Assembly: GCA_963693365.1 (NCBI GenBank)
Contig: CAVNZM010000003.1
Span: 12,435,651-12,499,650 of the forward strand
Origin: Amoebidium appalachense
Taxonomy: Eukaryota > Protista > Ichthyosporea
Reading direction: 5' to 3'
DNA: 64,000 nucleotides
The notes beneath the pieces were generated by a model. It was not told where the DNA came from, did not search any database, and was given only the letters and a program-made list of their open reading frames with translations. Shown one piece after another: positions 27,297 through 52,411 of this stretch (position 1 is the first letter of the stretch; every line of letters begins with the position of its first letter). Position numbers and translations under genes: made by a program.

Positions 27297-27377
27297 GGAC
27301 CCTTCTCTTAGGCTTTGTGTGCATCTGTCTGGTTGCCTGCTTGCCTGTCTCTTATTCCTGTGTTTGTGTGTGTGTAA

Positions 27378-27409
<32 letters not shown>

Positions 27410-27641
27410 TAGCGTGTGTGTGTAGGTGTTTGTGTGATCCTCTTACCTTACGTTATATGTGTGTGTGTGTGTGCATGCGCACGTGCATGCCTACCCGAGA
27501 TAAGCATGTTGCCAGGGACCTGGAAGGACATTCTGCCCAGAATGAACTGCTTCTCCCCCGTCTGCGGGTGGAAGGCACTGTCGTACAGCTTCTTAGCTGC
27601 CCACACCTGAAAGAAGGGGGTATGCTGTTAGTGGCTGGAAG

Positions 27642-27684
<43 letters not shown>

Positions 27685-28186
27685 AAATGTTATATACAGC
27701 ATACAAAGTACACAATTACGAAGGAGAAGACAGGAAGTGGGGGGGTAGAAGGGGGGGCAGGGGAGACAGGAAGAGGAGGGAGGGAAAGAGGGGGGGGGGG
27801 GGGGGGGGGGGAGGGAGGGAGAGGGAGGGAGGGGAGGAGTGAGAGAGAGACAGAGCGAGAGAGAAAGAGAGAGTGTGTGTGAGTGCGCGTGATAGAGAGA
27901 TAGCACAAGAACCCCATCGGGAATCAGGGATGTGTGTGTGTGTGTGTGTGTGTGGTGAGCGGGGAAGAGACACTCACACCCCCACATAGCTTGACACGTG
28001 TCCGTGAGCGTACACAAATACACACACGTGCGCACCCACCCACTCACCGGCCCACATCCCCCTACCCACCACCAACCCACCCCTCCCCCCCAACCACCAC
28101 CATACACATATACACACGCCCACTCACCCACACCCACCCCATTATCCCCCTTTCCAGCCACCATACACACACATACACGCACACAC

Positions 28187-28238
<52 letters not shown>

Positions 28239-28450
28239 ACCTGCTCATCAGTTGTTCCAGCAGGCTCAGTGGCACTGCCGTTCTTGTACGCCTCCACAAG
28301 CGCCTTTGCATCATCAAGCTCCTTGTCAGAGGCAAGCACCGTGCGGGGATCAGTGACATTGAAGAAATGCTTGGCGCGGCCAAGGTAGGTGCTCTGCTCC
28401 CAGCGGGGCTTGGAAAGGTCCAGACGACCGTTGACCTTGGGGGACTCCAT
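22346..28450 (-). CDS. SFXN: Sideroflexin (SLC56 mitochondrial carrier); spliced, with an apparent 7-nt frameshift in exon 5
   Basis: Exons: 28450-28241 ([22 protein letters not shown]), 27606-27495 ([12 protein letters not shown]...GRMSFQVP), 26809-26760, 26208-26027 ([16 protein letters not shown]), 24843-24686 ([13 protein letters not shown]), 23764-23582 and 22462-22346, which ends in the family C-terminus YYNKGL*. Confidence 0.95.
22475..22660. repeat. (GAAA)n microsatellite; a (TTTC)n pyrimidine tract on the gene strand
   Basis: Directly visible, just upstream of the last sideroflexin acceptor. Confidence 0.9.
22826..22980 (-). mobile_element. Subfamily B 3' fragment
   Basis: Homologous to 20798-20975 and starts next to a G-run. 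Confidence 0.8.
23229..23424 (-). mobile_element. 5'-truncated, diverged subfamily A element
   Basis: Homologous to 62058-62239, with G-runs on both sides. It shares the truncation junction ...agatactgagccgggg with the 36760 copy. Confidence 0.85.
26432..26535 (-). mobile_element. Short 3' fragment of subfamily A element
   Basis: Matches 62058-62161, with G-runs on both sides. Confidence 0.85.
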
Positions 28451-30389
28451 GTTTGTGTGATTGCGAAGGATGATGCGAACGAGGGGTGAAAGTTGGCTGG
28501 TCGGAGTGTTTGGCCTGTGTGGATATGATTGAGTGAGTGGGTTGAAAAAAGCAAAGCGGAGGGGGAATAAGCTGGGGAAGGTTATGAGCTCGGGGGAGGA
28601 TGTGGAGGGTAAGGTCGGCGAAGTTCGAGTCGGGGGGAGATGATGGGGTGGGTGGGGGAGGGCAGAAAAGAGAGAGAGAACAAGTAACCAAGTGGGGAAG
28701 AGCCGAGCAAGAGTGTGGTGTATGAACAGGAGGCTTGTGGTACGTCAGAGCCCGGCTGATGATAGTTGTGGCAAACAGGCTACCCCTAAGATCTCTACAC
28801 CTAATTTTCACAAAAGTGGTGGAGAAATGGGGCGTGGGTGCAGGGTGAGGGCAGGAAAATGGGGGGTAAAGGTGTAGGCTTAGGGGTAAGTATGAATGTT
28901 GCAAAGCAGGCATCTTTCCTATAATGCAAGATGTAAACATCAGGCAGCTAGCCCCATAGCTGGCAAATACTGCTTTTTCGCTATGTTTGTGTGTTAATGT
29001 TTGTCTTCGTGTGTGCACACGCCCAAGTTATCTGCTTATTTGTACTTATACATCCTCCTGTGTGTGTACGACTGTGTTTGCTTTTGCGAGCATGCTGTGG
29101 CCCTGTGTGTAAGTGTAACTGCGTATGTGTGTGTGTGTGTGTGTGTATGCGCGTGTGTGCGTGTGTGTACGTGTGTGTGTGCGCGGGCGTGTATGTGGGT
29201 GTGTTGGTTTCTTCTACGACTAAACAACGTTGTAACAAAAACATCACCAAAACAGTCTGCTCTCTCTCTTCCTTACAAGCGGAAACCCAGCACCAGAGCA
29301 CCACTGAATCTGTTCTCCTAGAACTAACCTCAGAAATTAGAACCAATCTCAATTATACTATCAACCTAATGGTTATTAAGGAATCCTGCTGTTACCGAAA
29401 TCAAGCATTCTCGGAACAATCTTTTCATGTGAACAGAATATGGTACCACCCCTTCCTCCAAAACAACTACTGCAAAACGCACCCATTATCGCTTACCTTT
29501 GGCTCCTAACAGGAATCAAACGTGGCTGTGAACCGTGCGCGTCTATATTCCCGCCTCTTTCACCCCTTACACGTACGTGTGCGTGTGTGCGTATGCGCGT
29601 GTCTGCGCAGGCTGTGTGCTCTCCTTCTTGCTTGTTTTTTATGGCTGGCCAACGTTAACTGGCCCGCATGGGAACCAGATGCGCGTTCAACCAATCGGAA
29701 ACATTTGATGCGCTCCGAGCTAATCAACGTCTTTGTTTTGTCACGTGATCACTTTATCCGCTCTGAGATAAAATGATTATGTGGCCCGTGGTCACGGCGG
29801 CCAGCGGATGACGGCATTGCATAGAGCACTGTTCACTTCATAGCACTTTAAACAATTTTAGTTATATTTTGATCATTTTTATTGCTTACGTTACTAACTT
29901 AATATATCTTGCTTACCAACGTGAATTTGATAATACTATACTACGGGTTCCAATAATAGTAAGCAGCTGACGTCACGCGGCAGTCGCCCAGTCACAATTA
30001 TCGGATATTATTGTATTTATGCACTGCCGGATTGTTATGATATTGGCCATGCCCCGGGTGCACATTCACGAAGCCTTAGCTTGCCTAGCTAGGGGTTGCC
30101 GGTTGCAAGCGAGCGGGGAAGGTGCCGGTACGTGCGGTGCAGTGGTGTGTGTGTGTGTGTGTGTGTGTGTGTGGACCAGGTGCACGTGTGTGTGTGTGCG
30201 CGCACGTGTGTGTGCGTGTGTGTGTGCGTGTGTGTGTGCATGCATATGTGTACGTGTGTGTGCACATGTGTGTGTGTGTGTCACGGTGCACGTGTGTATG
30301 TACCATGTCATGTGTGTGTGCACGTGTGTGTGTGTGTGTGTGTGCACGTGACACGTGTGTGTGTTGTGTGTGCACGTGTGTGTGTGCGT

Positions 30390-30450
<61 letters not shown>

Positions 30451-31082
30451 ATGCGTGCGTGGTAACCGTTGTGTGTGTGTGACCCAGTGACTACATATTA
30501 GTGTGTGCGTCTGTGTTTCGTTGCAGTGTGACGTCTGTACGTGTGACGGTGTGTGTACACGTGTTTGTTTGCGTGTGCAACGGGATCACGGTGTGTGTGT
30601 GTGTGTGTGTGCACGTGTGCAGGTGTGTCCGGACTACTAATCACGTGCACACTTTGTACGTGTATTATGGCATGACTTTTCAATATTGGCCACCATAGCA
30701 TCACACTCTACTCAAACTTAATTACTACGCCGTACCGGCAGCTTACCTGATTTGCTCACACTTCATCCGTAAATTACATATACACATCTGCCAATGAAAA
30801 CGAGGCTTTGAAACCCTGCTGCTGATAAATATTGTTTTAAAGCTCTAAGTCTAAAACGAACTTCTTTCCCTTGCACAACACACACCCATATCAGCATAGA
30901 ATAATCCATGCTTAAGCTCAACTTTTGCCGTTCACCTCTGGAAAATCCCTTATTAAAATTTAAACACGAACACGGAACTTAAAAATCAATTTTATGCAAA
31001 AGTGTACAGAAAAACTATTTCCTGCGGCAAAACTACCTGACATGTGTGCAAATGATCGTGCGAGTACCAGTGAGGGATGCCT

Positions 31083-31226
<144 letters not shown>

Positions 31227-31269
31227 ACTGTGTGTGCGCGTGCGCGTGTGTGTGTGCGTGCGTGCGTGC

Positions 31270-31347
<78 letters not shown>

Positions 31348-31798
31348 AAGTGTGTGTGTTGGGGGGAGGAGGGGCGCGGGGGAGGGTGGGGTCTAGGTAG
31401 GATATTACATTACCAATACACGACAGATCAAAAATAGCCGAAAAAAATCGAAAACAGGCACACTGGAACTCACAACCCTCCAAATTCTCAGCTTCTTCGC
31501 ACAGTCGAGAACTCACTTTAACAAAACATCGCAACTAAAACTAAAATCTCGTGACATCAACTCATCTCATATCCTTTCTGAACCACGTTAAATATTTCAC
31601 CAATTCATCATCTTTACACGACCTAGAACACACCAACTCACATAAATAACACCAAAATTTGCCACCACAGACCGCTACCCAAAAAACCCACTCATTCTTT
31701 CCCACTTGTTCACCTCACATCCCAGCCGGCCACAACAACATCACCCGCACAATTAAACCGACGATCATGTTAAGTCAGCCTAACCATTAAACCAACGC

Positions 31799-43621
<11,823 letters not shown>

Positions 43622-43699
43622 CGCAACACTTGTGTTTCTAGGTTCAAAAAACACTAACTGAAAACACAGAGAACAGGGACCCAATAATTATTATTATTC

Positions 43700-44780
43700 A
43701 GTATTTTTTTTAACAATACTTAATAGTTCTCTCCTTCGCAAAACACTGGAATTATCCTTGGGGGAAAGAGTTCGCAGGAAGAAAGAAAACATTCATAATC
43801 GAGAAACGTTCACAGTGGCCGTGAGAGCAGTACGACACACGAAGGGGCAGCTTTTCCCCCTAGCTTCAGCAGGAAGGGGAAAAAAAGCCTCCAAGAACAT
43901 GATAGATCCAAATAGAACGCGTGTATTTATATTTTTCAAATAATGAAGAATCAATTTTACCTAAAAAGTGTTATATTACTTAGAAAAATAAGTTGTGTGT
44001 TTCCTTACTCTGTAATCCACAAAATTAAGCTCTTTGTAATAGTTCTGTTGATTACGTTCTTCAACGAGTAAATGATCTAGGAGAAAACATACCCGATAGA
44101 ATAACCTTTTCCTATTGGCTACTCTTCCATCCCGGTGGATCCCGGTTGTTGATTGGTTAGGTCTAGATTCATGAACAGCCAATCACAACACAGAGATTCA
44201 CGGTAAGGGCGTAAGGCGAAGGGCGGATTCGTGCATGTTGAAGTCATGAAACGGAAACGAAAAAACGCGAAACTTCCCCAGTGAGAGTGTAGTAGGAGTG
44301 GGTACGGTGAAGAAGTTTGAATCTTGTATTAGTTTGTAGCGAGACATTTTTCACTCCGTGTAACGTATATTATAATATAGCGAGTTTGGGAGGCTTTGCT
44401 ACTAGAAATAGCCTCTCCCTTCCATTCCTTTCTCCTACCATCCTACGCACGTGTACGCCTGCCCGTGCATAACACGCACCACATCCTAGGTTAGTGGTGA
44501 GTGTGCAGTTTTTTTTTTTTTATAACCGAATTGTGTAACGGGGATGTGCCTTTTCCATCACATTTTACTCTTTTCCCCAGCCGGGCTTCACATGCCTATC
44601 GAAAACAACTCAGTACAAGTCTTACAACACTAGCCTAGATTTTGGGACGTACCATCATCACAACGAAAAACAGATAATCATATAAACGCACTATCACACC
44701 AATTCGTTCATTATTTTGACGTAGTAGCATATTAAATTCGCAAAGCCTTTGCTGCTGTTTCTTTTCATTTATTTTCCCAT
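43700..44780. promoter_or_regulatory. Probable bidirectional promoter between the amidohydrolase and SLC25 genes
   Basis: Divergent start codons at 43621 and 44787, microsatellite-free sequence, and CCAAT/ATTGG boxes at ~44114, ~44152 and ~44179. Confidence 0.5.
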
Positions 44781-44786
44781 GCAATC

Positions 44787-45445
44787 ATGGCTACCAACGA
44801 GTGTACGCCTTTCCAGCTTATGCTGTCGTCCTGTACCGGTGCCTTCCTCTCTGCATGTCTCAGTAAGCCACCTCACTTCCCCTATAGTCTCCACGCACAT
44901 GTCCGCCTTTTTTCTCGTGTTTTGATTCTTTATGTGTGTGTTTGTGTGTGTTATGTTCGTCGCAAGGCCGAGTTTGCCTGGTCACTTATTGTTTCAATTA
45001 ATTATTGATGTACCGGCACATTCGAACGAAATGCATCAATGCAAGTGCTCGTGTAGGCTTGGGCAGAGCTCATAACGTCATTGAGGTGCACGTGCATTCC
45101 TGGGGTGGGGTGTGCAATCTTGTGCAGGGAAGGAATGCGCACGAGATCTTGTGTATACCTGTACATTGTGTGCATGTGCCGTGTAGATACCTATGTATGT
45201 AGTATACGTGTGTGCATGCGCTGGTGTAAATACATGTATCTTCGTGTGTGCATGTGCACGTGCTTACATAAGTTTGCGTGTGCTCACGGGCGGTACATAG
45301 GGTATGGCTGAGCTGTGTGGCTGTGGGCGTGCGTGCTTGGCAAAGTGTGTTTGTGCTCACGCAAAATGTTTTTTGTGGGTCGACGAGAGACATGTATACG
45401 TGTGTAGGGGGTTTCTGAACGAGGGTTGGGGTTGTGTGCACGGCA

Positions 45446-45482
<37 letters not shown>

Positions 45483-45543
45483 TGCACGTGTGTTGCGTGC
45501 ATACGTGTGTGTGTGTGTGGGGAGGGGGTGGGGGTGGGGATGT

Positions 45544-45574
<31 letters not shown>

Positions 45575-45845
45575 GAAGGGGGGAGGGGGGGGGGGGGGGA
45601 CTCCTGTTGGTAAAGGATGAACAGACATTAACATTCTTACTGCCAGTGACACCTTTTGACGTTGTCAAGACTCGTCTGCAAGCCCAGCATTCCGGCCAGG
45701 TACGAGTTCGAGTGTGTGTGTGTGTGTGTGTGTGTGTGCGTATGTGTGCTTGTGTGTGCTTGTGTGTGTATGTCTGTTGCGCTCTGTGTGTATTTGTGTG
45801 TGAAAGGTCACGGAGATCACGAACGATTGAAGGGGAAAGGGGAAA

Positions 45846-45876
<31 letters not shown>

Positions 45877-46764
45877 GGGGGGGGGGGGGGGTCCTTCTTG
45901 CTGCAAAATCAGCCAGCAATGTAGTCTTTGCCCGTGGATTTTTTGTCGCACGTTGTTTGCATCCCTAGCAAAACCACGTTTTTGTTGATGTTCACTATTA
46001 ATACAAACACCTTTGCTCGGTGAGCATGTCTTTATTGACTGAGACGATAAAAAGAATAAGTTACAAGGCAGAGGGTGGGTTTATTTTTGGGGGGGGGGGG
46101 GGGGGTTTGGTCTCTCGAATACAACCATGAAACAGAGATAAGCGAGCAACAAATCATTGAATCATATACATAAATATGGGTAAAAAACACATTAAAAGAC
46201 AAGGCACTTTCAATATGTGTTGGTCGTGCACCGTCTTTGTGGTTGGAATGGCAATGCTGCGGTGCTGGTGTGATGACGGCTGTGGTTGCATAAAAAGAAA
46301 AGAGAAAATTGAGCTTACACCGTTTTCTTCTTCTTTTTCTTTCTTCTCCCTTCCTCCCCCGCCCCCTCCCCCCCCTTCCCACCCCTCCCCCCCCCCCCCC
46401 CCCCCCCTCACCCATCCCCCCCCTCCCCGTTCTCCTATTCTTTTTTTTTTTTTGCCTTTCCCTCCCTCCTTCCTCCCTCTTCCACCACTTACAGGTTACG
46501 GGTCGTTGCATCCAATCCGCCTGTCCCGACCTAGTTGAACTCTGTGTGACCTGTGAACAGCAGACCGTCCTAAGGGGCACCAGAGATGCATTCACAAAGA
46601 TAGCCCAGACAGAGGGTCTACCTTCTCTGTGGAGGGGCTTGGCTCCTACACTGTATGTACCCCCCCCTTTCCCCCCCGTCCCCTTCGTTTTTGGTTTTAT
46701 TTCTGTTTTTTGCTCGGTTTCAAGAATCTTTGCATCTATACTTAACATACGCTGACACATGTAT

Positions 46765-46796
<32 letters not shown>

Positions 46797-46941
46797 TCCT
46801 CTTCCCGGAAAGGAGCGAGGGAAGGATGGAGGGGGGATCTGGGTCTCCATCTTGTGTGTCTGTGTGTGTGGTTGTTTTGTTTTTTTCTTTTTGTTTTTTT
46901 TTCTGGGGGGAGGGGGGGGGGGGGGGGGGGGTCTGTGTGGT

Positions 46942-46972
<31 letters not shown>

Positions 46973-47191
46973 AATGCGGATGGATGATTGCTTAGGCAAT
47001 CCGACAATAAAGAAGAAGGACAAAGGACCCCTAGTGTGTGTACGTGCGTGTTTTTTACTGGTAGTAACTACACTAACCAAGGCTTTTTGTTTTTTATGGT
47101 GTACAAACGAAGGAGATGATCCAACTGCGTTCAGATGCACTCCCCGAAAGTGGGCACATTGCGTGCAAATCTCGAGATGTGTATGTTCCAT

Positions 47192-47238
<47 letters not shown>

Positions 47239-47334
47239 CACACACATTCACTCACCCCCCCCCCTCCCCCTCAAAGAAAAAAAATTACCCACCCAGCGCC
47301 ATCACCAAAAATGTGTGTTCGCGCGCGCGCACGT

Positions 47335-47419
<85 letters not shown>

Positions 47420-47923
47420 CTCATGTCTCTGCCTTCCACCGTGATCTACTATACGGCCTACGACACTCTAAAGCCACACCTCGTTTCTATTTTTGGCGTC
47501 GCTGCTGCTCCAACAGTAGCAGGAATCACCGCAAGAGGTCAGTATATTTTAAAGTTTTATGCATTAATCACAAATGGTCAATATATCTACTGTTTGAGGT
47601 CGGCATATTATTTAAATAGAAGTATTAAACATGGAGGTCCTACCTTTCTACTTAAATGGAGTTTTGCTAAAATATTTCTGTTTACTGGACGAGGTTTTTG
47701 GGGCTTCTTGTGAGCAGGGTTTCTTTTCTTTTCTTATCTTTTCTTTTTTTTTCTTTTTTTTTTTTTATTAAAAAAAAACTGGAAAAACGAACCGATTTAT
47801 GGTAGAGCTTGGCTATGCACCTTCTATACTTTGTATATCTATCAGAGGTTCTTAGAATCTGATGTTTTCTTGTATTGCTTTGTAAGGGAGGGATTATGGG
47901 CAGGAAGTGTGTGTGTTTGTTTT

Positions 47924-47962
<39 letters not shown>

Positions 47963-48065
47963 TGAATCCCGTTTGTGCAAAGGATATATCGAGCAACCTT
48001 GCGAGTGTGCTCTGCTAAGTATCGTGTTAACCTCCCCCACCCGCAAACACACACACACCCTCCTC

Positions 48066-48144
<79 letters not shown>

Positions 48145-48962
48145 CCGGCACTGCTGTTATTGTATCCCCTCTTGAGCTCCTACGGACCAATGCCCAATCG
48201 TTGCAGGGCAAAGGAGGACTCGGCATGTACAGTGGTATGTGCCCCCCGCCCCCCGCCCCCCTCTCCCTGCACTCTATCCCCCCCCCCCCCCTCCCCCCCC
48301 CCCCCCCCCCCCCTCCCCCCCGCCTCCCCCAGACATCTTTACTTCCATGCAACCGGGCATGGTTGCTCTGTGTCGTGCATCTGTAAGCACATACACATTT
48401 TTCGCTGCACTGCATTAGTTTGCACACACATCTTCACCGTTTTGCTCACCTTGCTTGCATAAGCAACCCTGCTCGTCTTTGATCAAGACGGGGTGACCCA
48501 CCCAAGTTCAGTTGATGCCGCTGTCTAAGTTGGAGCGTCGTATATACGCGGGCTAAGGGGTCGAAACTCAGACGAAATTGATGACTTGGGCCCTCCCTGA
48601 GGATGGGCTCTGCTTATGACGCATACTGTGCGCATGGCTGATGTTGCATACTTGAATGTTTGCCTTTGCATGTGTCCTGCACCATGCTTCTCATCGTGTA
48701 TGCGTACTTCGTACTGTGTTCCGCATTCAACCCCCCCCCCCCCTCCCCCCCCCCCCCCCCGGGGGTGGGGGGAGGAAGCAAGAAAGAAAGAGAAGTCAAA
48801 GAAAAAGAAAGAAGTGCTACAGTTATATCCCCTCCCCCCTCCCCCTCCTCCCCTTCCCCCGCTCAGTCTCACTCACTCATCTCACTCTCGCTGCACTCAT
48901 ACTGATGCAAACACACGCTCTCATATGTATATGCAATACACACATGCGCGCACGCACGCACG

Positions 48963-49011
<49 letters not shown>

Positions 49012-49220
49012 AAACACACAAACACAAACACACAGTCACACAAAAACAATACACCTGTATTTGCCTTGCCCGTGTTCCCCTTTGCCCCCCCCTCCTCACC
49101 CCCCCCCCCCCCCCCCCCCCCCCCCAAAGTTCCACCACTATCACCACCATCAACAACCAAGAGGGGGGGGGGAGGGGGGAACTGTGGAAGGGGGGACGAA
49201 CCGGGGGAGGTGTGTGTGTG

Positions 49221-49264
<44 letters not shown>

Positions 49265-50683
49265 GGGGGAGGGGGGGGGGGGGGGGGGGGGGGGGGCAAA
49301 GGAATGACATAAAGAAACAGAACAAGAAAGGAAGACGACCTGTTTTTTCTTTTTTGGTTCCGTTTTTTCTTTTTTGGTTCTGATTTTTCTGACCTTTTTT
49401 GGTTCTTTTATATTATTATTTTTTTTTTTTTAAAAAAAAAATCTGTTTTTCCGTCACCGATTAACTGATTGACCAATCACAGAGCTGTTCATGCGCATGT
49501 ACGGCATGGTGCAAGCCAATGGGATCGCTGCGTTGTGGCGAGGCCTGGTGCCCACATTGTGGAGGGACATTCCCTTTTCGGGTAAGTGCTACTTTCCTTA
49601 TTTGGCAACCAACATGTAAAAACACTATTATCTTTCTTCTGTTTCCTTCCATTTGAACCTTCCGCCCCCCCCCCCCCCCCCTTCTTGCTTCTGCTTACTG
49701 CTGCAACTTTAACCCCCGGCCTTTCCCACTGCCCTTGCCTGCATAAGCAACCCTGCTCGTCTCTGATCAAGACGGGTGACCTACTCATGTTCAAGTGAAA
49801 CAGTATCTGAGTTGGGTTTCGTTAACGAGGGGAATAGGTCGAAACTCGGGTACTGTGGATGACGTGGGCCCCCCCTGAGGATGGGCTCTGCTTATTATGC
49901 ATACTCTTTATGTATGGCTTGCATTCTGCATCGTGTTATCCGTTTGTTCTTGTGTACTTCGTACTTTTTGACGCATTCAAAACCCCCCCCCCCCCCCCCC
50001 CCCCCCCTCTCCCTCCCCCCCTCCACCTCTTACTCACCACATTTTTCTTGGACGTTTTTCAAGAAAAGGGGGTGGGGCGGGGGAGGGGGGAAGGGGGGGA
50101 GGGGAGAGGATGGGGAAGGGAGGGGAAGGGAGGGGAAGGGAGGGTTGTGACCTATTGTGTTATGTCATGTCTCCTCCATTATTCCAACCTCCATGCATAT
50201 ACATCCCCCCTCCACACACACACACACACACACTCACACACACACACCATCCGAGGGCGTTCCTCCTCCCTCTATTCTTCATGAATCAACTTGATTTCTT
50301 TGGGTGTATGGTATTCTCGGTACCTGTTTTGAAAACAGAAAACCTGCCTTTGATTGGGGGACATGTTGGCTGGTTGTACAAAAGGGAATAGGCAAGGTGG
50401 TGGTGATGGTGGGTGGGTGGGTGGGTGTTGGGAGGGGGGAAGTAGATGAGAAGGGGAAAAGGGGGGGGGGGGGGGGAGTGAGGGGGAAGGTGGTGTGGTA
50501 TAGGATAGGTGCTAATGCGATGGGCCACCCAGCCATCTACTGGACTGCCTACGAGGCGGGAAAGAGGTCACTGCACCGCATAAGAGGCCCAGTGGGGAGG
50601 GAAAGGTGGGTGTCAACCTCTCCTTCCCCTCCCCCCCCCCCCCCCTCTCTCTCTCTCTCTCTCCCCCCCCCCCCCCCCCCCCG

Positions 50684-50752
<69 letters not shown>

Positions 50753-51327
50753 GAATCAGAGATTGGGGCAAGAGGGAAGGGTGGGGCGGGAGGAAGTTTT
50801 TTTTTTTTTTTTGGGGGGGGGGGGGGGGGGAGAGGGAAAAAAGTAAGAAAAAGAAGAATAGGTGGGTGATGAAGAAGGGTAAGAAGAAGTTCAAAAAAAG
50901 CGTGTTTGGAGGAAAAGCACTCCAGAAAATATGAATAGCCTTGAACCATTGGATAGAAAACACTCCATGTATTCTGCCCCCCCTTCCCCCCCCCCCCCCC
51001 CCCCCCTTCCCCCCCTCTTTCCGGCCCCCACCACCACCACCCACCCACCCATCCACTCACCCACTCACCCACCCAGATATTAGCAATTCTTATTCGAGGC
51101 TTTTGATTGGTTGACTGATTTTATATTTGGGGGGGCTGCAGCACGTTTGATCGTTTTTGGTCGTCATTTGCTTTGGGTGCTTGTGCCGGCATGGTGAGTG
51201 ACGCCCCCGATATTCCCCCCCTTGCCCCCCCTCCCCCCCCCCCCCCCCCAACCACGACCACCTTCCTCTTCCCCTCACCACACACCATTTTGTCTCTCTC
51301 TCTCTCCCTCTCTCCCTCTCTCTCTCT

Positions 51328-51412
<85 letters not shown>

Positions 51413-51805
51413 CTCGCTCTCGCTCTCTCCCTCTTTCCCTCCCTCCCTCCCTCCCTCCCTCCCTCCCTCCCTCTCTCTCTCTCTCTCTCTCTCCCTCCCT
51501 CCCTCCCCCCCCCTCCCCCCTCCCCTCCCCCCCCCCCCTCCCTCACTCCCCCCTCCCCGCCCCCCCGTCTCCTCCCGCCCCCACCCCACCTTTCTGTGTA
51601 CTAACTCGTTTGTGCGCTGAACAATGAAATGCATGCAGGTTGCTGCCACACGTTTTGAATATTTCAATATAACCATTTATGGCTATTTACCTGTGTACTG
51701 ACCAATCAAATGCATGCAGGTTGCAGCCACCCTCACCACCCCCTTTGATGTTGTCAAGACACATCAGCAGCTCGACTTGTCCGGTTTGTCCCTTCCCCCT
51801 CCCCG

Positions 51806-51837
<32 letters not shown>

Positions 51838-51857
51838 TTCAAGCACAAACACATTGA

Positions 51858-51916
<59 letters not shown>

Positions 51917-52368
51917 TTAAGCACACACAAACACGTACACATACACACATTGCCCCTCTGCCGACAGTATAACCATTATGCACGCACCCCAATGCCCCCC
52001 CCTCCCCTCCCCCCTCCATTTTTTGGCAACTAATTGGTGGGTTAGTTCATGGGCAACTGCACTTCGCACTGTACACACACAGATCCCCCCTCCCCCCCCC
52101 CCCCCCCCCCCCTCCCCCCCCCCCCCACACACAGAGAGAGAGAGACCGGGGGGGAGGGGGGTGGGGGGAGGGGGGGATCGGTGCGATACAATGTTGACAC
52201 AACCATTCGCGTGCATGTGCTCTGGCACAGCCACACCTAACCCAGGCATAATTATTCTTCTTCCTTTTCCTTTTCCCCCCAGGCCACCGTGCCCACAAAC
52301 CAATGCTTGAAGTCATGCGGTCCATTGTCCAGCGCTCAGGTCCCACAGGCCTTTTTGTTGGTGGGTAC

Positions 52369-52411
<43 letters not shown>

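Noticed and set aside
49745-49756. CAACCCT as a telomerase RNA template
   Set aside because: It is shorter than a 1.5-repeat template, lies in a multi-copy dispersed element, and has no other supporting features.
49836-49890. Conventional type II or minimal type I hammerhead fold
   Set aside because: A local GAAAC-TCGG-GTA stem III is not conserved in B or C and has no matching stem I. Covariation supports the long-range GUU pairing instead.
49859-49982. Recurrent small [20 protein letters not shown]... (also [14 protein letters not shown]...) as a peptide gene family
   Set aside because: It recurs only because the non-coding element recurs, is not maintained in subfamilies B and C, and overlaps the structured RNA.
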